Source: Haliotis rufescens
Lineage: Eukaryota
DNA length: 64,000 bases
Assembly (NCBI RefSeq): GCF_023055435.1
Contig: NW_025964383.1
Location: 7,254,001-7,318,000 of the forward strand
Direction: 5' to 3'
Shown here: piece by piece, positions 40,601 to 52,600 of the stretch
How positions within the stretch are numbered: position 1 is the first letter of the stretch
How the letters are laid out: the number at the start of each line of letters is the position of its first letter
Notes under the pieces: model-generated
What the model was told of the DNA's origin: nothing
Seen by the model: only the letters and a program-made list of their open reading frames with translations
The model's database searches: none
Made by a program: the position numbers and the translations under genes

Positions 40601-43600
40601 GGTGGTCTGCCCAGATGTCAGATGTATTTTCGTCATCACCCTACCTTCATCCATCCCAACGACGATCTCGGCGAAGTCTCCGTCCAGGTTGGATCCCTTG
40701 ATGATGCGGACTGTGTTGTCAGACCAGTACAGGCGCATCTTGATGGGGTCGAAGCCAATGGCGATGGGCGAGTGCCTGGTGGAATGGCGAATGGCGTGGA
40801 CCACCCCGTTGCTGGAGCTCACCTGGAAAACCTGTCTCTGGTAGGCGTCGGTCACCAATAGGAAGTTGTTCTCTGATATACCTAGGAAACATGACAGATT
40901 CTAGGACATGTTGGTTTCTTATGACATGAGGCCTCGTGAACATGTCGGGATGTCATGATATGCAGCTTCTAGAAATGTGGAGATGTCGTGACAACATATA
41001 GAAGGACAAGTCGGAATGTCATGACAGAGCTTGTAGGACATGACATGTTGTCATGCAGCTTTTACGATATGTGAGGATTTCATGACACAGTTTCTAGATC
41101 ATGTGAGGATTTCATGACACAGTTTCTAGATCATGTGATGATTTCATGACACAGTTTCTAGATCATGTGATGATTTCATGACACAGTTTCTAGATCATGT
41201 GATGATTTCATGACACAGTTTCTAGATCATGTGATGATTTCATGACACAGTTTCTAGATCATGTGATGATTTCATGACACAGTTTCTAGATCATGTGATG
41301 ATTTCATGACACAGTTTCTAGATCATGTGATGATTTCATGACACAGTTTCTAGATCATGTGATGATTTCATGACCAATCGTTTCGAGGTCATGGGAGGAC
41401 ATCATTGCATGACGTGAGGATGTCATGACATCAATCTTCCATGACATGTGATGCTGTTGTGACATGCAGCTTATGTGTCGGGATGTCATGACACACAGTT
41501 TCTAGGAAATGTCATTATTTCACACATCAGGCTATTGTGTCAAGGTGTTTGGAGGGTTGTTGGACATAATGTAGCATTTAGGATTTGTTTTGATATCACT
41601 GGCTTTCCATGTCGTTACACGGCAGGGATGTTAGAACACCATGGCAACATTAGAATGATACTTGAGCTTCTCTTTAATGTCAGAATAACAGGCAACATGA
41701 TAGAGATTTCGAAATATTCTTGCAAATGTGATACATAGTTTATGTTCAATCTTAATCTGATATCGCTAGAACTAAAATAAATAAGCAGACTTAGTGAGGC
41801 AGGGTTAACACCTCATTGTCCTGGGTATTAACATGGGTATCTCAATAAAAATGCGTTCAAACTTTCCGTTCTGCTTTACATGAACAGCTCTTTATTTGGA
41901 ATGTTTAACTATTATTCCTTTGAAGGAAAATCTTTTGCATTACTTGATATGCAGGTGACGTCATCCTCTGCCAGGTGATATCCCAGACCGCACGTGCACC
42001 AGGTCGCGTCTTCAGCCCCACTCAGACACAGCTGGCTGCACGGGTTGGCACCCTCCCGACAGCTGCCTGCAACAGGGAAGGTTAGAGTCCTTTGCTTATT
42101 TTCTCTATAATGAGTCACAGAATGTCTTAACCCCACAATAGATTATATCACACGTTAATATAACTATCCTAACACAACCGCTGTCTAATAGCATTGTGTC
42201 TATCTTAGCTAGAGATCCTTCTTCTGAACCGCTTCTGTTTCTTGTTACAGATTCATATTAGGAAAATTGGCAGAACCAGCAAGTTTCAATCAAATTGACC
42301 AAGTACCATGTTTATTTTATTGAAAAGTCAAGTTTGATGTTGTTCATAAAACAGTTACTGATGACCCTGATAACAGAGACAATGCCTCAGTTTCACACGT
42401 GGCTCGTGTTACAGCATCTGGAACGAGACAATAGATGGGTGCCAGAGAAAGACCGCTTACTGTTATAGGGAGGCTGGTTGTGAATGTCGAAGGTGACGAG
42501 GTCTTGAGCGATGCCGTAATGGGGGTGTAGGATGCCGCGGATCTTCTCCTCCTTGTCGAGTCTGGCCATGTGGATACCGTTCATGTCGTTCCTGTCGGTC
42601 CACAAGATGATGTCCTGAAGAGGCGCATAAACAAACGTTCACTGATCAATCCATGGACAGCAGGTAGAAGGTTTGTGGTTTGAATGATGCACGATACCGT
42701 CACCGGACAACAAGCTGGCAGGATGTCACTGGACTGGTCAGGTGTCTCTCATATCGTTAATCAGTTTCGTAATTAAATTCAAAATGATCTTTTGATTATA
42801 TATTTACGGCCGACACGTGTCATTGAGAACACTGCAGTTCCTCGTGTAACAGTCTCTAGAGTTGTCTATGTCAGACGTGTGGTAGGTATCCCTGTGTGCC
42901 TGTGTCAGACGTGTAGTAGGTAGCCCTGTGTGCCTGTGTCAGACGTGTGGTAGGTATCCCTGTGTGCCTGTGTCAGACGTGTTGTAGGTAGCCCTGTGTG
43001 CCTGTGTCAGACGTGTGGTAGGTAGCCCTGTGTGCCTGTGTCAGACATGTGGTAGGTAGCCCTGTGTGTCTGTGTCAGACATGTGGTAGGTAGCCCTGTG
43101 TGCCTGTGTCAGACGTGTGGTAGGTAGCCCTGTGTGTCTGTGTCAGACGTGTAGTAGGTAGCCCTGTGTGTCTGTGTCAGACATGTGGTAGGTATCCCTG
43201 TGTGCCTGTGTCAGACGTGTTGTAGGTAGCCCTGTGTGCCTGTGTCAGACGTGTGGTAGGTAGCCCTGTGTTCCTGTGTCAGACGTGTGTCTGTGAGAGA
43301 TGTGGTTATCACTTGTGTCTGTGTGAGATGTAGTTATCCTTTGTGTCTGTGTGAGATGTGGTTGTCACTTGTGTCTGTGTGAGATGTGGTTATCACTTGT
43401 GTCTGTGTGAGATGAGGTTGTCATTGTGTCTGTGTGAGATGTGGTTATCACTTGTGCATGTGTGAGATGTGGTTGTCACTTGTGTCTGTGTGAGATGTGG
43501 TTATCACTTGTGTCTGTGTGAGATGAGGTTGTCATTGTGTCTGTGTGAGATGTGGTTATCACTTGTGCATGTGTGAGATGTGGTTGTCACTTGTGTCTGT

Positions 43601-46600
43601 GTGAGATGTGGTTATCACTTGTGCATGTGTGAGATGTGGTTGTCACTTGTGTCTGTGTGAGATGTAGTTATCACTTGTGTCTGTGTGAGATGTAGTTATC
43701 ACTTGTGTCTGTGTGAGATGTGGTTATCATTTGTGTCTGTTTGAGATGTAGTTATCACTTGTGTCTGTGTGAGATGTAGTTATCACTTGTGTCTGTGTGA
43801 GATGTGGTTATCATTTGTGTCTTTTTGAGATGTAGTTATCACTTGTGTCTGTGTGAGATGTAGTTATCACTTGTGTCTGTGTGAGATGTGGTTATCATTT
43901 GTGTCTTTTTGAGATGTAGTTATCACTTGTGTCTGTGTGAGATGTGGTTATCATTTGTGTCTTTTTGAGATGTAGTTATCACTTGTGTCTGTGTGAGATG
44001 TAGTTATCACTTGTGTCTGTGAGAGATGTGGTTATCACTTGTGTCTGTGTGAGATGTAGTTATCACTTGTGTCTGTGAGAGATGTGGTTGTCACTTGTGT
44101 CTGTGTGAGATGTGGTTATCACTTGTGTCTGTGTGAGATGTAGTTATCACTTGTGTCTGTGTGAGATGTGGTTATCACTTGTGTCTGTGTGAGATGTGGT
44201 TATCACTTGTGTCTGTGTGAGATGAGGTTATCACTTGTGTCTGTGTGAGATGTGGTTGTCACTTGTGTCTGTGTGAGATGTGGTTATCACTTGTGTCTGT
44301 GTGAGATGTAGTTATCACTTGTGTCTGTGTGAGATGTGGTTATCATTTGTGTCTGTGTGAGATGTAGTTATCACTTGTGTCTGTGAGAGATGTGGTTATC
44401 ACTTGTGTCTGTGTGAGATGTGGTTATCACTTGTGTCTGTGTGAGATGTGGTTGTCACTTGTGTCTGTGTGAGATGTGGTTATCACTTGTGTCTGTGTGA
44501 GATGTGGTTATCACTTGTGTCTGTGTGAGATGAGGTTGTGATTGTGTCTGTGAGAGATGTGGTTATCACTTGTGTCTGTGTGAGATGTGGTTGTCACTTG
44601 TGTCTGTATGAGATGTGGTTATCCTTTGTGTCTGTGTGAGATGTGGTTATCACTTGTGTCTGTGTGAGATTAGGTTGTCATTGTGTCTGTGTGAGATGTG
44701 GTTATCACTTGTGTCTGTGTGAGATGTGGTTGTCACTCGTGTCTGTGTGTTAGTTTGTTATTTAACGCCGCACTCAGCAATAATATACAGCGGTCTGTAA
44801 ATAACCGAGTCTGGACCAAACAATCCATTGATTTACATCATGAGCATCGATCTACTCAATTTGGATACGCTGACATGCATCAACCAAACCAGCGAGGATT
44901 ACCAGCCCCTCCCGTTAGTCGCCTCTCACGACAAATATAGTCTCCTCTTACGGCAAACATAGGTTGCTGAAGACCTTCCCGCCCGGATCTTCACAGTCTG
45001 TGTCTGTGTGGGATGTGAGTTATTAGGTTTGTCTGTGTGGTATGTGAGTTGTCGGGTGTGTCTGTGTGAGTTGTCCGGTGTGTCTGTGTGGTATGTGGTT
45101 GTCACTTTTGTTTGTGTGAGATGGGCTTGTCTGCGTGTGTGTGAGATGTGAGTTATAAGGTGTGTCTGTGTGGTATGTGAGTTGCCGGGTGTGTCTGTGT
45201 GAGTTGTCGGGTGTGTCTGTGTGAGTTGTCGGGTGTGTCTGTGTGAGTTGTCGGGTGTATCTGTGAGGGGTTGAGTTGTCGTGTATGTATGTGTGAGATG
45301 TGAGTTATCGGGTGTGTCTGTGCGAGATGTGCTTGTCACCTGGAAGATGCTGATGCCGTAGAAGCCGCTGTTGTCCAGGTTGAAGATGATGGTCAGCCGC
45401 TCTGTCTTGAGATTGTAGCTCCTCACATGGTTCTTGATTGAGTCGCTCCAGTACATGCTGCAACGCAAGGGTAGCACCAGATTAGAGCACCTTTGTCTCG
45501 GATCCCCACTCGACCTTATGTTTATTGTCGATCAACAAATAGTACTGTCCTTGCTCGTCAGAGACCCAAAGGTATTTTACAGCCAGGTGAAGAAAGGTAT
45601 AAAAGCCAGATTTAATAAAGAACATTGCTTAACATTCGGGGACAAATGTTGCTTATATTTCAAATGTTATATTTTTCCTCTTATACGTGTCTGTCTTATA
45701 TCTGTTTCCTATTCTGCTGATGTGTTACTCCGTGTTCCATACGATGTGGCCAGCAGTACTGACATGTCATTGGTGTAGTCAATGTAGAGGTGGTTGGGGG
45801 AGCCGAGGTCGTGGTCGAGAATGGCCCGCCTGTCGCTGCCGTCAGTGTAGGCTGTTTCCACTTTGGGCGTATCTCCGGGGTCCGTGAAGTACAGGCGACT
45901 GGAACATGATCACAGGGGCTCTATGGTCAACATGCACTATTTCTGCAACGTTATATTTCCAAGCAAAGGTAAGGAATCGATTGTTCGGAAAAATGGTTAA
46001 ACTGGTTCTCTGAGGCTTCTTCGAATTGAGTTACGTTTTTTATAACAGCATATACTAAGCGACTGTATCTACAAGAGCGAGAGTTATGGGTAGCATCACA
46101 TACCCGCGTCCCGGGTGTACAGCGATCCCGAGGGGGTTGTCAAGGTTGGTGGTGATGAGGTCTCTCTGGAAGGTGCCGTGCCGGCTGGCCACTTTAATCA
46201 GCTGGTTGCTAGAGTCGGTCCAGTAGAGGTTGCCACTCACCCAGTCCAGGCAGAGGCCTAGAACATACACAGCCACTGTACTATACTGTATACTCAGTAC
46301 ACCACTCACCCAGTCCAGAGTTTCCTAGAGCATACACAGCCACTGTACTATACTGTATACTCAGTACACCACTCACCCAGTCCAGGCAGAGGCCTAGAGC
46401 ATACACATCCACTGTACTATACTGTATAGTCAGTACACAACTCACCCAGTCCAGAGTTTCCTAGAGCATACACATCCACTGTACTATACTGTATACTCAG
46501 TACACCACTCACCCAGTCCAGAGTTTCCTAGGGCATACACAGCCACTGTACTATACTGTATACTCAGTACACCACTCACCCAGTCCAGACAGAGGCCTAG

Positions 46601-49600
46601 AGCATACACAGCCACTGTTCTATACTGTATACTCAGTACACCACTCACCCAGTCCAGGCAGAGGCCTAGAGCGTACACAGCCACTGTACTATACTGTATA
46701 GTCCGTACACCACTCACCCAGTCCAGAGTTTCCTAGAGCATACACAACCACTGTACTATACTGTATACTCAGTACATCATTCACCCAGTCCAGACAGAGG
46801 CGTAGAGCATACACAGCCACTGTACTATACTGTATACTCAGTACACCACTCACCCAGTCCAGGCAGAGGCCTAGAGCATACACATCCACTGTACTATACT
46901 GTATAGTCAGTACACAACTCACCCAGTCCAGAGTTTCCTAGAGCATACACATCCACTGTACTATACTGTATACTCAGTACACCACTCACCCAGTCCAGAG
47001 TTTCCTAGGGCATACACAGCCACTGTACTATACTGTATACTCAGTACACCACTCACCCAGTCCAGACAGAGGCCTAGAGCATACACAGCCACTGTTCTAT
47101 ACTGTATACTCAGTACACCACTCACCCAGTCCAGGCAGAGGCCTAGAGCGTACACAGCCACTGTACTATACTGTATAGTCCGTACACCACTCACCCAGTC
47201 CAGAGTTTCCTAGAGCATACACAACCACTGTACTATACTGTATACTCAGTACATCATTCACCCAGTCCAGACAGAGGCGTAGAGCATACACAGCCACTGT
47301 ACTATACTGTATACTCAGTACACCACTCACCCAGTCCAGGCAGAGGCCTAGAGTCCTGATAACAACCCCAGTTCCATCAACTATCGTCTCCGCTGTAGCT
47401 CACCTGATACCACCCCAGTTCCATCAACTATCGTCTCCGCTGTAGCTCACCTGATACAACCCCAGTTCCACCAGCTATCGTCTCCGCTGTGGCTCCCACT
47501 TCAAGGTTAATCCTGCTGATAGTTTTTGTATTGTTTTCAGAATAATAGAGAAAGTTTTCCCTCGCATCGAATGCTAACGCCAGGTATCCATGACGTTTAT
47601 CCAGGAAGCACTGTTTGTCTAGAGTGACGTTTAGCAGCGACATGTCGGCCACGTTGGCGGGATAGTGACAGATGGCGTCGTGCACAGCGTAGATGTGAGA
47701 GGGCTGAACGAACACCTCCGTCACTGAAAGAAATGATAAGAATGAGGCAAAGGTTACGTCGCCGACAAAAGCCGTTTGTTGTCCACCTTGATCACGTCCA
47801 ACAATATCAGGCGTGAAATGATGTTAACTTTGAACAATATAAAATTCATAACTGTCAAGTCCACTAAGATGGTTGAGAATGTGAGATGATAGATGCCGGT
47901 ACTTAGAAGCAGTGAGTGAGTGAGTTGTATCTAGCATCACTGTGAGCTGTATTTCAGCCATATCGCGGCATGTTAGTCTAACGTGGGAGGAACGCCGTCA
48001 GTGACACCGACCTTTCCCACGCCGGCGTGGTGCTCACATACCAGAGATAATAACCGAAGCAAGATTTCATTATATCAACGGATCCTGGCAAAGCTGAGGG
48101 ACTCAACTCCGCACAACGAATTGTAGCGCCTTAGATCATTGGGCCACCCGTGCTTCTGTTGAATAACCAACAGTACATACAGCCATTTGTATCATGAATA
48201 CTGTATGTGTGTTCATGTATTTATGATCACGAATTGGGGTATGATATTGTATTTGAAAAGTGAAAGGCGCTCACATTCACAAGAGCGATCATCGTCGGTG
48301 ATGTTGAATCCCTCCCCGCAGATGCATCTGGCGCCGGGGTCGGGCATGTCCACGCAGAACTGGTCACACTGCAACGTGTCGCACCTATCTGCACACAGGA
48401 TAAAAACATGGTTAATTGTTTTCCCATCCTGTCATGTTCGTGTGTTGACCAATGGTCATTGCGATATACTCATATATAGATATACTCAGTTACATTACAG
48501 TGTCACAATCAGCTCCTACTCCTGTAGATATCAGCTCGTCAGGAATTTGTCGACGCATGATGAAGAGCCCTAAATTGTACCGTTGCAGCTGTTTAGATGT
48601 GATGAAAGTACATGGTTGCCTGGTTGTATAGATGTGATATACATGTACGTACGTGAAACAATGTTGTATAGCAGTGATTTACGTACGTGATACATTGTTG
48701 CATAGCTGCGATATACGTACGTGACACATTGTTTTATAGGTGTGATATACGTACGTGAAACATTGTTGTATAGATGTGATATACGTACGTGATACCCTGT
48801 TGTATAGATGTGACATGCGTACGTGAAACATTGTTTTACAGATGTGATATACGTACGTGATACACTGTTGTATAGATGTGACATGCGTACGTGAAACATT
48901 GTTGTATAGATGTGATATACGTACGTGATGCCCTGTTGTATAGATGTGACATGCGTACGTGAAACATTGTTTTATAGATGTGATATACGTGCGTGATACA
49001 CTGTTGTATAGATGTGACATACGTACGTGATACCTTGTTGTATAGATGTGACATACGTACGTGATACCTTGTTGTATAGATGTAATATACATGCGTGATA
49101 CACTGTTGTATAGATGTGACATACGTACGTGATACACTGTTGTATAGATGTGACATACGTACGTGATACCCTGTTGTATAGATGTGACATGCGTACGTGA
49201 AACATTGTTGTATAGATGTAATATACGTGCGTGATACACTGTTGTATAGATGTGACATACGTACGTGATACCTTGTTGTATAGATGTGACATACGTACGT
49301 GATACCTTGTTGTATAGATGTAATATACATGCGTGATACACTGTTGTATAGATGTGACATACGTACGTGATACACTGTTGTATAGATGTGATATACGTAC
49401 GTGATACCCTGTTGTATAGATGTGACATGCGTACGTGAAACATTGTTGTATAGATGTGATATACGTGCGTGATACACTGTTGTATAGATGTGACATACGT
49501 ACGTGATACCTTGTTGTATAGATGTGACATACGTACGTGATACCTTGTTGTATAGATGTAATATACATGCGTGATACACTGTTGTATAGATGTGACATAC

Positions 49601-52600
49601 GTACGTGATACACTGTTGTATAGATGTGACATGCGTACGTGAAACATTGTTTTATAGATGTGATATACGTGCGTGATACACTGTTGTATAGATGTGACAT
49701 ACGTACGTGATACCTTGTTGTATAGATGTAATATACATGCGTGATACACTGTTGTATAGATGTGACATACGTACGTGATACCCTGTTGTATAGATGTGAC
49801 ATACGTTCGTGAAACTTTGTTTTACAGATGTGATATACGTACGTGATACCCTGTCGTGTAGATTAGATATACCTACGTGATGACACTGTGATGTAGATGT
49901 GATATACGTACGTGATGACCCTGTTGTGTAGTTGGTATACATGATGATGTCATAGGGGATGTAGCCGAGGCGGTAACTGATTTTATTTTGACCGTCGTTC
50001 TTGTCTACGATTTTAAGGTGGCCTTTACTTTGTTCGGTCACAAACAGGTAGCTCTGAAACAGCAATAGAAACAATGATAAGCAGTGGGCGAGCATCACCA
50101 GACAGACAAATGACATGGTGAAATAGGTGACAAAGCACCTATTATTAGCAGGCATCCGATAATACGTTCTGATTGTGTTGAGGAAAGTCAGTTGTGTAGC
50201 CCCGATGATAACATTATTTCAACCATATCACGATGTGTCTCCTTATTTCGTGCTACTTAACAATAACAGACGGTCGGATCGAGTCGAATCTGAGCCAATG
50301 GTGGCCCTGTGAATTATGTTTAAAGTGAATAAGTGAGTGTAGTATGTCATTTTTATCATTGGTTGTTGCTGAAATGATACGGAGCACCAGTGACATGAGT
50401 TGGATTTTCGGTACAACCTTAAACTCCAGAGTGTCAGTAACTTTAAACATACCCCATAGGCTGCAATGCCAAAGAAATTGGACCCTGAATTTACGACGAC
50501 GATCCGCCGTCCAGTGCCGTCAATGTTGACGGCCTCCACTGTGTCCTTCTGACTGTCCACCCAGTACAACGTGTCTCCGTCCAGAGTGATGCCCCGGGGG
50601 TGCTCCAGGCTCTGGTCAACCAACACGTGGCGGTCAGCTCCCAGCAGGTCGGACATCTCGATCCGCGGACGCTCGCCGAAATCCGACCATATAAGTAATC
50701 TGAAGACATCCCGGCATAACATGTTACAAGAACTACGTACAAGGATTGAGGTCTCCTTACTTAACCAGTAAGGCACAATAACAGTACCATCATTTACAGG
50801 CTACTTAATTTGCTATAGGTACTTAATTAACTACGATGGGAAATTGGAGAAAAATAAGCTCTTTAAAATTGTTGACTTCAAAGTCCCCCTCTTTCCATAT
50901 GTAAACTATCCTGCGTTGGGGGCAATTCCGTCCCAACTCACCATCTTTCTATATGTGAACTATCCTGTGTTGAGATAATTCCGTCCCAACTCACCATCTT
51001 TCTATGTGTGAACTATCCTGTGTTGAGGTAATTCCGTCCCAACTCACCATCTTCTACATGTGACTATCCTATGTTAAGGTAATTCAGTCCAAACTCACCA
51101 TCTTTCTATATGTGAACTATCCGGTGTTCAGGTTATTCAGTCTCAACTCACCATCTTTCTATATGTGAACTATCCTGTGTTGAGGTACTTCCGTCCCAAA
51201 TCACCATCTTTCTATATGTGAACTATCATGTGTTGCGGTAATTCCGTCCCAACTCACCATCTTTCTATATGTGAACTATCCTGTGTTGAGATAATTCCGT
51301 CCCAACTCACCATCTTTCTATATGTGAACTATCCTGTGTTGAGGTAATTCCGCCCCGACTCACCATCTTCTACATGTGACTATCCTATGTTAAGGTAATT
51401 CAGTCCAAACTCACCATCTTTCTATATGTGAACTATCCGGTGTTCAGGTTATTCCATCCCAATTCACCATCTTTCTATATGTGAACTATCCTGTGTTAAG
51501 GTAATTCAGTCCCAACTCACCATCTTTCTATATGTGACTATCCTGTGTTGAGGTAATTCCGTCCCAACTCACCATCTTTCTATATGTGACTATCCTGTAT
51601 TGAGGTACTTCCGTCCCAACTCACCATCTTTCTATATGTGAACTATCCTGTGTTACGGTAATTCCGTCCCAACTCACCATCTTTCTATATGTGAACTATC
51701 CTGTGTTGAGGTAATTCCGTCCCAACTCACCATCTTTCTATATGTGAACTATCCTGTGTTGAGGTAATTCCGTCCCAACTCACCATCTTCTACATGTTAC
51801 TATCCTGTGTTAAGGTAATTCGGTCCCAACTCACCATCTTTCTATATATGACTGTCCTGTATTGAGGTAATTCAGTCCCAACTCACCATCTTTCTATATG
51901 TGACTATCCTGTATTGAGGTGATTCAGTCCCAACTCACCATCTTTCTATATGTGAACTATCCTGTGTTGAGGTAATTCCGTCCCAACTCAGCATCTTTCT
52001 ATATGTGAACTATCCTGTGTTGAGGTAATTCCGTCCCAACTCACCATCTTTCTATATGTGACTATCCTGTATTGAGGTAATTCAGTCCCAACTCACCATC
52101 TTTCTATATGTGACTATCCTGTATTGAGGTAATTCAGTCCCAATTCACCATCTTTCTATATGTGAACTATCCTGTGTTAAGGTAATTCAGTCCCAACTCA
52201 TAATCTTTCTATATGTGACTATCCTATGTTAAGGTAATTCAGTCCCAACTTACCATCTTTCTATATGTGAACTATTCTGTGTTGAAGTAATTCCGTCTCA
52301 ATTCACCATCTTTCTATATGTGAACTATCCTGTTTTGAGGTAATTCCGTCCCAACTCTCCATCTTTCTATATGTGAACTATCCTGTGTTGAGGTAATTCC
52401 GTCCCAATTCACCATCTTTCTATATGTGAACTATCCTGTGTTGAGGTAATTCCGTCCCAACTCACCATCTTTCTATATGTGAACTATCCTGTGTTGAGGC
52501 AACCCCGTCCCGACTCTTTCTGTAGGTAAACTATTTATTGTTGAGTCAACCTACATGCCTCACCCTCGTTCAATACTAGTATGTAAACTACCTGAGAATA

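Noticed and set aside
48570-49802. His/Tyr-rich ORFs up to 356 aa
   Set aside because: Translations of the intronic 34-bp array; exons C and D join in phase without them.
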